DNA of 63,513 bases, the filler included, from Octopus bimaculoides (taxonomy: Eukaryota): the NCBI RefSeq assembly GCF_001194135.2. It is 6 parts of 5 records of this genome, joined end to end, with 100 filler letters (N's around TTAATTAATTAA, not from the genome) between each part and the next. Parts side by side here need not be neighbours in the genome. Positions count along the whole stretch, not along the records: positions 1 to 30,175 come from NC_068993.1; 5 more parts are not named here. One strand, written 5' to 3'. Positions 1 to 12,261 of this stretch are shown here, piece after piece. The notes beneath the pieces were generated by a model. It ran no database searches, was not told where the DNA came from, and saw only the letters and a program-made list of their open reading frames with translations. Every line of letters starts with the position of its first letter. Position 1 is the stretch's first letter. The position numbers and the translations under genes are program-made.

Positions 1-398
1 ATTTCTTTTACTTGTTTTAGTAATTTGACTGCGACCATGTTGGGGCACCGCGTTTAGTCGAACAAATCGACACCAGGACTTATTCTTCGTAAGCCTAGAA
101 CTTATTCTATCGGTCTCCTTTGCCGAACCGTTAGGTTACGTGGACATAAACACACCAGCATCGGCTGTCAAGTGATGTTAGGGGAGAAACACTAACACAC
201 AAATATACACACACATACTCACTCACATATATACGACGGGCTTCTTTCAGTTTTCGTCTACCAAATCCACTCACAAGGCTTTGGTCGGCCCGAGGCTATA
301 GTAAAAGACACTTGCCCAAGTTTCCACGCAGTTGGACTGAATCCGGAACCATGTGGCTGGTAAGCAAACTACTTACCACACAGCCACTCCTGCGCCTA
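1..398 (-). mobile_element. tRNA-derived SINE, family 1 (CORE-like central domain), near full length
   Basis: Minus strand reads TAGGCGCAGGAGTGGCTGTGTGGTAAGTAG...GGTTCCGGATTCAGTCC (A/B-box-like head), then CTTGGGCAAGTGTCTT (CORE-like), then a tail similar to GGTGCTCCAGCATGGCCGCAGTC. The same sequence recurs at 4030-4240, 31342-31655, 34610-34775 and elsewhere. Confidence 0.9.
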
Positions 399-1431
399 TA
401 TATGTATGTATGTATGTATGTATGTAAAAGAGAGTTTGTATGTGTGCGTGTGTGTGTGTTTTCCTTATGCATTTCAAAACCGAGGTGCCGACTCTGACGT
501 ATGGGGTATCAAAAGATTCAGTAGGATTTTGGCTACCAACTAAACTATATTTTCATTCACATATTTGCATTACAAAAATTTAGCATTGTCATTTTTCTTT
601 TAGTCACCTATCGTAAACAACATTTTATACCACCACCCAATGACAATGACGTCACATTTTCTATATGAGTTTGTGACGGTGTATGTGTCTGTCAGTATAC
701 ATACATTTTTGTGACGACTGACACACACACAGGGACAGAGATAGGCTTCAGGTGTGCGTTAATATATATGTGTGTGTGTATGTGTGTTAGTTTATGTATG
801 TAACTTTTTCCCACCTAACAGTGAAACCCGCCGATATTGAAATTTTAGTTGCGGCTTGGACTTTAAACCGACAACAATGTTTACTTTCAAGTACTACCAA
901 CATGAAGATTTGGCTGATTTAATACCACTCACAATACTCGCAAATATATCCGAAAAAAAAATGTTATTCTGGTTATTATAAGAAATTCGGAAACTTGGCG
1001 ATATAGAAAGCCTCAGCGGCTCTTTCAATATAATTACAGAAATGCTATTCCATTCTTTCTAACCACAACAGCATCTTCCTTTCTATACACTTTGTTCAGC
1101 GTTAGTTTCAAAATTGTAAAATAAATTATTTTTGTATGAAATATTGAATTATGCCTTCTGAATTTTCTTGGACTTTCACTTTCTTCATTGTGATATTCAA
1201 TCGTTAATTTTATAACATTTAGTACATGTTCCAAATAAATGTTGATTTTCTGTACTTTGTTACATTGGTGACACAGTAACTTTTGCTAAATTGGTGACTT
1301 TCCATTTTTTTATAGCATAATTATGCTACAGAAAGTATGCTTTACACCTATATTGACAACATTTCGTTTCGCTAGAACTTCGTATGTGTACATTTTGCTG
1401 TTTTCAATATTATCAATTCTATGAGTTTGTA

Positions 1432-1471
<40 letters not shown>

Positions 1472-1507
1472 CGTACTTCTGCATACCTTATGTCTATAGT
1501 AAACTAT

Positions 1508-1850
1508 AGTAAAGAACATTTTACGCTGTTTTAATGTCCACATCTAATGAAGTAGCCATCCTTATGGTTGGTGATCCCCATGAAAATCATGATATTCTCA
1601 TTCGTGTTCGAGATAACAACCTTAAACATGTTTCACACCCTCATCCCCCTTATCATGCTCTCCAGTAAACTCTTATTCTGTGGAATTGACAAGATGGGTA
1701 TCATTTCAATATTCCACGGATTGAACCTGCAACAGGATAGCCAATTACAAACAAAAAGGTGTCGTCAAATGATTTCTATTCTTACCAACTGATGTTAAGA
1801 CAAGAACAATCAGATCAATTACACATGTCAAATAAACTTTATTTTCATTT
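1508..1850 (+). mobile_element. Helitron Rep-region fragment (decayed)
   Basis: Translation across stops gives FNV.TSNEVAILMVGDPHENHDILIRVRDNNLKHVSHPHPPYHALQ*...*QDGYHFNIPRIEPATG*PITNKKVSSNDFYSYQLMLR. This matches the Helitron pattern FNAPT..EVA...VGD...RDI....R...L..I...H..YD.LQYP......GY. Confidence 0.8.
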
Positions 1851-2049
1851 ACATATTTTCTACGTTATCGCAACAACCAGCTATTTTATTTCAGATACAC
1901 TTCTCTACAACCACCAGGTTTCATTAGAAAATGAAAACAGTTTCACACTTTCAGTTTGAGCCAAAATTACAAAGTATTGTATTATGAGAGTGACGCTGTG
2001 TAAATGATGAAAGTAATGTTTCTCCGAATTAGTCATATCTGTATTATAA

Positions 2050-3813
2050 TAAATAAAAAAAGCTGCTTATTATCTCTCTACCAAATGAACTATGTTTTTG
2101 ACTCAACAACTCTTTTTTACAGCTAAAATAACCTCGGTAACCCAAATCAGTAACAGACTCACTAATAAAGAACATTTCATCAAGAATAACTTAATGAGAA
2201 TATTTTCAGTCAATAAGAATATTTTCAAACTTAATGAAGACTGTTATAACTTGGCACTTTAGAAAGCGGGGTATAACGATAAAATTAAGATTGATAAGTC
2301 AAATATCGAACCAGATTTAAATAGTAATTTTAATGATGCAATTCTAAAATCTAGTACCATAAACAAATCTGCTTATAAGAAATGTAGCAATGGAGATTTA
2401 AAATCAAATATTCAAGTTGATAAAATAACAAGCGTAGGTGATTTTATTAGAGAAAATAAACAAATGAAGAATTATAATTCAAACAAAAGGAAAATTGTAA
2501 GATTGTTGATAACAGGGTTAAAAGTTCTCGTACTGCTTATAGAAATGAGGATGCAGTATTCTCTAATACAGTCTCAAATTCTTTTAATTGTAAATCAAAT
2601 AAAAGATTTAAAGAGGAAAATAAAATAAACGCTAACTTTAAAATGGATCAAAACCAGAGAATACTTACTCCTTCGAAAAACGGGTATAAACATCAAGATT
2701 ATGATCTTAACTCGAAGAATACTTTATGGTTAATTGTTCCATTTGGTAAACAAGTAAATTACATTTTTTCAAAATTGTTTGATATAACAATTCAAAAATA
2801 TTTTCCAAGAAATCACAAATATTACAAAGTTTTTAATGGACATAAGATTAGATTGGCTTAGCAGAAATATTGCACAAATTATAGCAGCACATAAAGTTGA
2901 AATGATATCGCAATTTCATAAAAGTGATTACAATCAGAATAGCGTAATAAATTTTAAGCATAATAATGTCAAACAGAATAAAGAAACCCAATTAGAAGGG
3001 AACGCAAGGAATTTTAATGTCGGGAAAAGGGAAACAGCCCAATTTAGCATAACTAATAACGTCAAATCGAATAAAAGTTCAGCAAGAACTAAAACAAAGA
3101 TGGCGTTATCTAAAGGAGTAAATATTTTTTCTACTCTAGGAACAAGGCCCGAAATTTTTTGCAGGGAGGGGGCCAGTCGATTACATTGACCCCAGTACGC
3201 AATTAGAACTTAATTTATCGACCCCGAAAGGATGAAAGGTAAAGTCGACCTCGACGGAATTTGAACTCAGAACGTAAAGACAGACGAAATACCGCTAAGC
3301 ATTTCGCCCGACATGCTAACGTTTCTGCCAGCTTGCCGCCTTACAAAGGAGTAAATATTATATTAATAAAGAACTTGGTGGAAATGAATTTAATTCTACA
3401 TTGAATGACCAAATTGAAACTAAATCTGGGGGAAATATATCTTTGCAATTGTTCTAAACTGGAATCCTGTTATGCGGAAAATGAGTGTAAGATTAAAAAA
3501 TGTAATATATAGATGTAAAGTTACATCTGAGGGTAAGGAATTCTTTTACATCAGTGGGAAATTATAAATTTTCAAGAGGAAACTGGCAATCATTTCAGTT
3601 CATTTAAATACAAAAATTAAAGGTTCCAAACGAGTCTTAGCAAATTAATCTGGTATTTTAAGGACAGTAACAAAGACTATATTATCAATGGGAATTAATT
3701 TGTACTGCGAGACCATGCAGACCTGGAACCAATAGTTGTGACCTATGTTTAGAAGAATTTTACCGGAGTAAATATATTCTAGATAGGAACAAGCACTGAA
3801 ATGCTTGCACATG
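2050..3813 (+). mobile_element. Penelope-like element, 3' part (RT thumb, Asn-rich linker, GIY-YIG endonuclease), decayed
   Basis: Recognisable peptides: YNLAL*KAGYNDKI; TLWLIVPFGKQ...IQKYFPRNHKYYKVFNGHKIRL; CNCSKLESC..ENEC...NVIYRCKVTSEGKEFFYI; TSLSKLIWYFKDSNKDYII.; RPGTNSCDLCLEE. Several frameshifts are present and a SINE interrupts it at 3127-3344. Confidence 0.85.
3127..3344 (-). mobile_element. tRNA-derived SINE, family 2, with a 15-bp target-site duplication
   Basis: Head GGCGGCAAGCTGGCAGAAACGTTAGCATG...GAGTTCAAATTCC. AAAGGAGTAAATATT occurs at both 3112-3126 and 3345-3359. Confidence 0.9.
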
Positions 3814-4029
3814 NNNNNNNNNNNNNNNNNNNNNNNNNNNNNNNNNNNNNNNNNNNNNNNNNNNNNNNNNNNNNNNNNNNNNNNNNNNNNNNNNNNNNNN
3901 NNNNNNNNNNNNNNNNNNNNNNNNNNNNNNNNNNNNNNNNNNNNNNNNNNNNNNNNNNNNNNNNNNNNNNNNNNNNNNNNNNNNNNNNNNNNNNNNNNNN
4001 NNNNNNNNNNNNNNNNNNNNNGTGTGTGT

Positions 4030-4240
4030 GTGTTTGTGTGTGTGTCTGTGTTTGTCCCCCCAACATCGCTTGACAACCGATGCTGGTGTGTTTATGTCCC
4101 CGTCACTTAGCGGTTCGGCAAAAGAGACCGATAGAATAAGTACTAGGCTTACAAAGAATAAGTCCTGGAGTCGATTTGCTCGACTAAAGGCGGTGCTCCA
4201 GCATGGCCGTAGTCAAATGACTGAAACAAGTAAAAGAGTA
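4030..4240 (+). mobile_element. SINE family 1, 3' half
   Basis: GTTTGTCCCCCCAACATCGCTTGACAACCGATGCTGG...GGCGGTGCTCCAGCATGGCCGTAGTCAAATGACTGAAACAAGTAAAAGAGT. The head falls in the preceding N gap. Confidence 0.9.
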
Positions 4241-4865
4241 AATATGTATATACGAATACACACACGCACATATATGGGAGTGCAGTTTCTGTCTGTCAAA
4301 TTCCACGTAGAAAGTTGATGCTATGGTATAAGACATTGAAGGTGTTATGTTGGTAATGAACCCGAAACTATATTGCTGCAAAACGAACGCTTTAACTACG
4401 ATATTATGTCTACACCAGTAAGCTGAGTAAATTATTTGTTTGTTGAAAATTTTCCCTTCGACTATACAGTATGCCTTCAATGTGTGCCATGAAGCTGAAA
4501 TATAAAAACATCATCTAAGTTTGAAATGATTTAGTACTTAGTTCTTGAATCACTGAAGCTAATAATGAAGAGCCGGTTTATCAATATAGTTCTTGTTTTC
4601 TGTAAAAGGAGTAACTGTTTACAAATTAAAGCTAAATATAGTAAAAATACATAGAAACCAATCTACATAAAACATTACTTATATAGTACAAAAGAACAAT
4701 TCTCACTTTTTCCCTTCCTTATATTTTTCTCGATATGTGCGCGTGTGTGTGTGTGTATGTACATATTATTATGTTCATGTATGATTATTTATACATGCAC
4801 ACACAGACACACGAAGACACACACACATTGTTGTGTACATGGTAGTATATGTATATAATATTATA

Positions 4866-6275
4866 ACCACCTGCCCCAAGAATGTGTTGCATCGTAACCT
4901 ACCTATTGCCTGTCGTGCCGGAAGGAGATACCAAAAATTAAAACAAAAAGGATAAGGATACTTCGAGCCTGAGGCATTGATGGCCGGCAATAATCTTACT
5001 ATAACCTCCAGTCGTGAGGCTTGGTGAGCGACACGCTATCCACCAGTCTGTCTCCTTCGAGAATAAGACTAATGAACTGTGACATAGCCACGACAAACAT
5101 TAAATAGTATTTCCCTTACAGTTACTGCGACCTGTATAAGCCTCGTCAGTCCTCACAGAGCCTTCAGCCATCGTTCGGGAATTCAAGCCCAAACTATGAT
5201 GATCATGATGTGTTTTGTATACATACATATATATGCTTTTGTGTGTGTGTGTGTAGTTCAAATTTACTGAAAAAAAAAAGACGAAGACAGGTGAGGGAAC
5301 AACAAGCAGGTGTATTAATCTGACGCTCGATAATAATGGAAAAGTCTTGGACGTTTCGAGCCTACACTCTTTGACAGAAAGGGTTGAGAGGTAAAAAATG
5401 GAGAGACAAAACAACGTGTAGGAATTAACAGTCCAGCATGAGAAAATGACCGGAAGAGGCTGAGTGAAGGGGAGATAATAACGGTGACCCGGCTAAACAA
5501 GGGTGATCAAGCGCATGTGTATCTGTAAGAATGATGTATATAAGTATGTATGTGTGAATGAGAATAAGCACGTGTGAATGTGTGTGTGGGCGAGCTTAAA
5601 ATTATGTGAGTCTGTGCGTGCGCATTGGAGCGTGTGTGTGTATGTCTATAAGTAACCCAGTGTGTACAGTGTTTGGAATGATCTGTGTTTCGTGTATGTA
5701 TGTGTGTGTATGTATGGTCGTGTGTATTTGTGTGTGAGGCTGTGTATATTATGTGTGTGAGACTATCGTGTGTGTGTGCGCGCGCGTGCGTGCGTATGAG
5801 TGCGTATGCAAAGGCTTGTTTGTCGCAGTTAATGTGTGCTTGTTCGAGTGGTGTATGCCCATGTGTGTGTGTGTGTGTGTGTGTATTAATGCATGAAGTG
5901 TGTCTGACCCAATAGTGTGCGTGTATATTGTGTATGTTTATGTGCGAAAGTGTATATATTTATAACTGTATCACCACCTGCCTCAAGAATGTGCAGCCTT
6001 CCCATTGCCTATTGTGCCAGAAAGAGGTACCAAAAACCAAAACAAAAAAGGATAAGGATATTTCGAGCTAGAGGCCTTGATGACCTACAATGATCTTAAT
6101 ATAAGCGCCAGTCAGAGGTTTGGCAAGCGACACGCTATCCGCCAATCTGTCTCCTTCGATAATGCACGAGGGGCTGTCTTTGGAGAAATAAGAAGATTAA
6201 AGAACTGTTACATAAAGAACTATTACATAACAAAAACTAACACTAAAGAGAGTTTCGCTTACAGCTGCTGCGACC
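4866..6275 (-). repeat. Pair of diverged ~270-300 bp direct repeats (4866-5155 and 5973-6275) with hammerhead remnants
   Basis: Shared blocks ACCACCTGCC.CAAGAATGTG, AAACAAAAAGGATAAGGATA.TTCGAGC, GCGACACGCTATCC.CCA.TCTGTCTCCTTCGA and CTTACAG.T.CTGCGACC. Copy 1 reads CTGACGA-G-GCTTATA...TGTAAGG-GAAAT on the minus strand. Copy 2 retains TGTAAGC-GAAAC. Confidence 0.7.
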
Positions 6276-6289
6276 GAGTCTATTTATGC

Positions 6290-7480
6290 TATTGTATATG
6301 TTTATGTGTGTTGTGTGCATGTGTATATTGTCTGTGCTTAGGCGTGTTGTGTGCATGTGCATTGTGTGTTTCTAGGAATGAACACTGTGTGTTGTGGGGG
6401 AATTCATGGAGGTACGGGGTGGGATAGGGGTGATAAGAGTTAGGGCTTGGGAGGTATAGAGTGCTTGTGTGTGTGGAGTGGGAAGTGTGTGTGTGTGAAT
6501 ACATGTACATGTGAGTGTGTGTGGGAGTGTGCATAATGGTGTATGGTGTGAGTACTGAGTAAAACAGTGTGTAGGGATATTCATATTGTGGTGTGTGGTG
6601 AGGGTGCAGATGAGTATGTGTAGGTGTGTGCAAAATGCATCCTCTTTTTCTTCTCCTCTTCCTCATTTTCCTTGCAGTTCCATCGAATGTGGCCTAATTG
6701 GCCGCACAAAAAAAAAAAAATCGGGGTTTTCGACCCTCAACAAACACCACGAGGGTCTCCTCCCCTATTTCAATTGTCTCGGGAATTGCTTCAATTATTT
6801 TAGGGTCAGCCTGGATGAGGAGACTAACTGTTTGACAAGTCCAGTTAGCATTTTCGGTAGCGGCAGTCTGGAGGAGGGTAATTTTCTCTTTTTGTTTGAT
6901 TAGGATTGCCGCCACCAACCACATAGGATCCACTTCGGGTAGGACCCTTGTGATTTTAATTCTGGAAGTTCTCATCCCCATATAGGTGGGGATGAGCGCC
7001 ACGTCGTCCGTTTTCAGCGTTTCTACTGAATGTTTTTGTGCAATTTCTTTGTTGGTAGACCTTACTTCCACCGTACCAAATTTCCAGCCTCATGTCAGAT
7101 AAACTACGTCACTCAAGATTGGCTTCAGGCACTTCTCTATCTTCTCTTCTGTAACTCTCTCAATTTTTTGCAAACAGTAAGCTTTAAATATTATTGTTTA
7201 TTGTTCTCTGTCCAGGAGAAGGCAACGGAGAACCACTTCAGTATTCATCCTAGGTCCTGTCAAGATAGCCGAAGTTCAAATAATCCAGTTGAGGGTGACG
7301 GGAGGGTAGGGCCCTCCCAGGTCATATAGAGGGTGCTAGAGAAAGTTCACATGCACAGGACCTGCCCAAGGGTAAACTACCGGTAGACTAACTATGTATA
7401 CTTCTTTTCTTCGTTTTATTGTATACCGTGTATACTTTCTATCATTTTTCTTTTTCGTTTTATTCTGTGTAAATCCCCAC
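6290..7480 (-). mobile_element. ORF1-only (gag-like, zinc-knuckle) non-LTR element, diverged copy
   Basis: TIIFKAY...KIEKCLKPILSDVVYLT*GWKFGTVEVRSTNKEIAQKHSVETLKTDDVALIPTYMGMRTSRIKI...VFVEGRKPR, followed by a frameshifted C-x2-C-x4-H-x4-C remnant. It is homologous to 10286-11000. No RT follows, only a CA-rich tail. Confidence 0.7.
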
Positions 7481-7615
7481 ATTTTATGCTTGTCTTTGTA
7501 TTGTTTCCTTCATCTGTAGCCCTGTGGGCAAAAACGACGCGAGCGACCGTCATTACTATTGTTGTTGTTGTTGTTATTATTATTATTATTATTATTATCA
7601 TTATAATTAGAGCTT

Positions 7616-7955
7616 ACAAAGGTGGTGAGCAGGCAGAATACTTAGCACGCCGAGCAAAATATTTAGCGGCATTTCGTCTGACGTTATGTTCTGAGTTCAA
7701 ATTCCGCCGAGGTCGACTTTACCTTTCATCTTTTCGGGGTCGATGAAATGAGTACCAGTCAAGTAGTTGGGTCGATGTTATCGACTTGCCCCATCCCCCC
7801 AAATTTGAGGTCTTGTTCCTATAGTAGAAAGGATTATTAGAGCTTGCGGGATTGTTAGGATGCCGGCCAAAATGTTTAGCGGCTTTTCTTCCGTCTTTAC
7901 GTTCAAAGTTCAAATTCCACCGAGGTGGACTTAGCTTTTCTTCCTTTCGGGGTAG
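7616..7955 (+). mobile_element. SINE family 2 copy (7616-7835) nested in the head of an older family 2 copy
   Basis: A full body GGTGGTGAGCAGGCAGAA...TAGTAGAAAGGATT is flanked by the 10-bp duplication ATTAGAGCTT (7606-7615 and 7836-7845). A second partial body follows. Confidence 0.8.
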
Positions 7956-9344
7956 GCTCATTGCCAGGATTTGGTGGTCAGAGGATAAGGTAGGGCTTCA
8001 AAACATTCCGGGTTGACGCTCTGATTTGCAATAATTGTAAAGTGGAGTTTCGTAATAAAACACCACTAATTTTTTCGACATTTTCTTCAAATTTATGCTT
8101 TGAAAATCAATCAGGAATAAGCCAAAAATTTCTTTTTCAAAATTTTTATTTTTCAAAGCCCTTTCCTCCTCCATTTCCCGTCTCTGTTTCAGAGTAGACA
8201 ACCGGCCGTAACTTTTTCATTTTTGACTTCTTTTACGAAAATTATTTTAGAATTATGTTTTAAACACCGGTGATGATGGTGATAATTATTCATAAAAGTT
8301 TTTCCTTTTTTACCCCCTCTTCCCCGACTACTCTTCTGTTTCGGAGTATACAATGTAACTTGGAGGGATATACAATGTATACAATGTAACTTGCAAGGGA
8401 TTAAGATTTATGGTTTAAGGTTTTAATGTTAGGGCTTAGGCTTAATGTTTAGGGTTTAGGCTTAGTGTTTAGGTTTAGCGGTTTCAAATAAAAGTCTAGA
8501 GAAACTGTCGAAAATAGTTCAAAATATAAAAGTTACAGCAACTTAGCTGTGGTCTTTGAAACTCTGCTATAGAATTATTGTGAATGAGAGTGCCCACCGA
8601 AAATGTTTTGTATATTATTGCATATTATTATTTTTTTTTTACGCTTATTATTTCATTACTTCTAACAATTATATTAACTTTGTTATTTCAATCAATTGTA
8701 TAAGCAAACTGGCTTATCAAATTTATAAAATTATTGAAAATCAATTAAGTTGTAATAACTAACACAAATGTGACATTTATCAGAAATGCATTAAAATAGT
8801 TGTAGTATTCTTGACTTAGAACAGAAATGTTCAAAAACCTTTTCAATGTTAGTTCTGTTGTGTAGTTATGCAAGAATAAGACTACTTTTCCGTTGATACG
8901 TTATAGAACGCCAATAGGGTGTAAGTATATGAGTCAGAGTAGAGAAAGATAACTAACGAGACACATTGCTTGCAGCAAATGTGAGAGATACAGCAAACAG
9001 TTTGTAGATATCTGGAAACGCAGAGTGAAATGGATACAGTGAAGAACAGATATCTGCTCAGCCTCGTAAATGTAATCTATATATGTAAAACAAAGGATGT
9101 CTGTGTGTATAATATGTATGCATTTCTACAGTTTTCAGCCAACTTTCACCAACTTTACACACATTACTTATGTACCGAGGATAGTCACGCACTATAATAT
9201 TTTTGACTAGAGCTCCCACGTAAAGCGAGAAACCGGGGGTGGGAGGAAGGTGTTTTACATGAGTTTTTCTCTAAAAACTGCAGTTTTCAACCGATTCTCG
9301 CATTCTCTGTTTCTTTTGTTTACATATATTCTCTCTCACCCTCT

Positions 9345-9466
9345 GTAATAGTTCTTCTCTTTTAGTCTACGTCTTCTTTCCTTCCTTTTTCCTTTCTTTC
9401 TATCTTTCTTTCATTCTTATGTTCTTCCTTTCTTTCTCCCTCTTTCTTTCTTTCTCCCTCCCTCCC

Positions 9467-9549
<83 letters not shown>

Positions 9550-9745
9550 CTTTTTCACCCTCTTTGTTTCTTTTTCCTTCCTTCCTTCCTTCTTTCCATT
9601 TTTCTTTATTTCCTTCTCCCCTTTCTTTCTTTCTCCTTCCCTGCCTCCCTCTTTCCTTCTTTCTCTCTCCCTCCCTCTTTCTTTTTCTTTCCTTTCTTTC
9701 TTCTTTTCTCCCTTTTTCTTTGTTTGTTTGTTTGTTTCTTTCTTT
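9345..9745. repeat. (TTTC)n / pyrimidine-rich microsatellite tract
   Basis: Direct inspection. It explains the Phe/Ser/Leu ORFs at 9419-9794. Confidence 0.95.
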
Positions 9746-10059
9746 CTGTTCGATTAAAGGTAATGCTCCAGCATGGCTACAGTCACATGACTGAAAAAAT
9801 AAATAAATAAAAAGCTATGCCATTTCAATACCGAACAACGCTGGGTATCTCTGATAGTGTTTTCTAAAATGTAATGTTTGGCAACGCATAATTTCGTTGT
9901 AAAAGGAGCTGTCCAAATAGTTTACATTTACAAGTTCACAAATAGGAGATAAATTTGAAACCTTAAAGAATGCTTCTGACTCAGGAGACAACCTTTATAA
10001 CTGTTGTGGTGAAATCTTGACACTCTGTGGGATAGCAAGTCAACTATCCTAAACCGTAT

Positions 10060-11680
10060 AACTTTGAGTTGCGGTTGGGTATTTATTGTTTGACGTCGTT
10101 TTGTTGCAGTTGTTCCCATTGGGACTACCAGATGTTTGAAAATTGTTAGTGTCTTTTGACACGTTGTTCGCCTGAACAGGCTTGCTTTTCCTGTTATTCT
10201 CCCGTAAGGGGCGAATTGTTAGCACTTTGTGTGGGAATTGTGCCCGCTCAAAATTAATAGTGATTTGCACGAAGTATGAGAGCTCTTGGAAAGTGCCGAC
10301 TTGGAGTACGAAAGTGACTCGGAAGAAAGCGTAGAAAATTATGCAGCGGCCGTCGGTAAAAAACGAACAAAATATAATATTAGGCCAGAGGCCGTGGAAA
10401 AATTTCAACGAATTCTGCGGGGAGATGGAGCAAACGTAAGATTAACTCCCCACAAGGAAGCCATGGAACAAACTAGAAGAAGAACCATAATTCATAGAAC
10501 GCTGTCTCTTAAAACAAAGAAAATTGAAAAGGCCCTGAAGCCTATTTTGTACAATCTGGCATTCATAAAAAGAGGAAAGAAATTCGGTACCGTGGAGGTA
10601 TAATTCATATCAGAATATGACGTCAGGGATAATTCCGCAATCACTCTGCAGACGAGCGAGCTGGCTCTTTTACCGTCATACCTTGGCAAAAGAACAACAA
10701 AAATTATAATAGAAGGGTATCCACCTGAAATGAGATCAGTGTGGCTTCTGGCAGCCGCTTGCTCCAATATCAAGCAGGAAGTGACTCTACTGGAGTTCGA
10801 GGCGAAAAAAGCACAGAACTGGGGTGGCGGGAGTCTTCGGGTGACAATTCAAATCACAACAGCAGAACTGGAGGAAATTTCAGAATTTATAATTCTGCCA
10901 GATGACAAAACTGAGAGTCTCGGTTCTGGGCAGAATACCAAGATGTTTCGAGTACGGACTGAAGGGGCACATAAGGAAAAGCTGCCCCCAGATCCTTCAA
11001 CCTGAAGCACAGGAGGAAAAACAGAATGAACAGCAAGAGAAGCTCAACGAGAAAGCTCCAGGTGAGGAAGAAGAGAAGCAGGAAGAAGTGGAGAAGGAGA
11101 ATTACGCGCCGGAGGAAGCTGGACCGCTCACATCTACCGAGGTGAGGAGGAATGATCAGTTGCAGGGAGGAAGAGGAAAAAAAGAAGTTCTCGTTCTCTT
11201 CCTCCAAAAAACACAAAACGTTTAAAAACAAATTCACAAGAGCAGATACATACACAGACAAAAGACATTACAAACGCAGACAGCAAAAAGGAAAAAGATA
11301 ACCCAAAAAGAACACTGAAAATACAACACAAATAACACACACCAATGACAAAGAGACAAAAATAAACGCACAAGAACAGATAGAAACGCAGACAAAAACA
11401 ATACAAATACAGCCAGCAAAAAAGTTAACCCCACCCCAAAAAAAAGAATATACAAGCAACACACAGCAAGGACAAAGAGACTAAAATAAAATAACTGTTT
11501 TCAAAAACTCTTTCTAAAAATGTACAATAACGTTATCTGGAATGTGGGGTTTCAAGTTGACGTTGCTCCTTCTCATTTATCATTACCATTTTTTTCATTC
11601 TATTTCATTTTCCCCAATTTGTGTTTTGTATGTCCTTGTTTGTCCCCTCTATGTTAGGTCCTCTGTGGCTAATAAAGAAA
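10060..11680 (+). mobile_element. ORF1-only (half-L1/HAL1-like) retroelement, copy A, with CCHC knuckle and L1/Tx1-like 3' end
   Basis: Frameshifted ORF 10286-11225: ...TIIHRTLSLKTKKIEKALKPILYNLAFIKRGKKFGTVEV...LPSYLGKRTTKIIIEGYPPE...GRIPRCFEYGLKGHIRKSCPQ, then a Glu/Lys-rich tail. This is followed by an A/C-rich spacer and GTTTGTCCCCTCTATG...GCTAATAAAGAAA. No EN or RT sequence is present. Confidence 0.75.
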
Positions 11681-11698
11681 GGCAGTGTGCCGTGCACT

Positions 11699-12260
11699 AC
11701 TTTGATTTGTGGTTGGTTATTTATTGTTTTGACGTCGTTTTGTTGCAGTTGTTCCCATTGGGACTGCCTCGTGTTTAAAAATTGTTAGTGTCTTTTGACA
11801 CGTTGTTCACCTGAACAGGCTTGCTTTTCCTGTTGTTCCCGGTTGGGGGCGAATAGTTTGCATTTTGTCTGGGAACTGTACCCGCACAAAATGACTAGTA
11901 ATTTGTACGAAGTGTTGGAGCTCCTGGAGAGCGTCGGCTCGGAGTACGAAAGCGACGCAGAAGTGAATGTGGAGAATTATGCAGCAGCGGTCGGTAAAAA
12001 ACAAAGAAGATATATTATCAGGCTAGAGGCCGTGGAAAAATTTCAACGGATTCTGCGGGCAGATGGAGCAAACTTAAGATTAACTCCCCCAATGAAGCCA
12101 CAGAAGAAACAAGGAAAGAGCAATAATTTATAGAACACTATCTCTTAAAACAAAGAAAGAGCAATAATTTATAGAANNNNNNNNNNACTATCTCTTAAAA
12201 CAAAGAAAGAGCAATAATTTATAGAACACTATCTCTTAAAACAAAGAAAATAGAGATCCC
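11699..12260 (+). mobile_element. ORF1-only element, copy B (head-to-tail after copy A, 3'-truncated)
   Basis: Highly similar to 10062-10520 (GACGTCGTTTTGTTGCAGTTGTTCCCATTGGGACT...; EYESDAEVNVENYAAAVGKK...EAVEKFQRILR). It ends at the RTE fragment. Confidence 0.8.
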
Positions 12261-12261
12261 A

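Noticed and set aside
800-1300. ORF 1034-1234 as a mariner HTH or host exon
   Set aside because: No convincing motif or splice pair was found, so it is left unassigned.
8840-9000. Possible piggyBac C-terminal cysteine-rich remnant (LCKNKTTF...CKY...ACSKC)
   Set aside because: It is too short and frameshifted, and no DDD core or TTAA-flanked termini were found.
12101-12260. Tandem duplications flanking 10-25 N gaps (also 48445-48501, 48961-49074, 49100-49229, 49995-50070)
   Set aside because: These look like unmerged overlapping contig ends and are treated as assembly artefacts, not biological tandem repeats.
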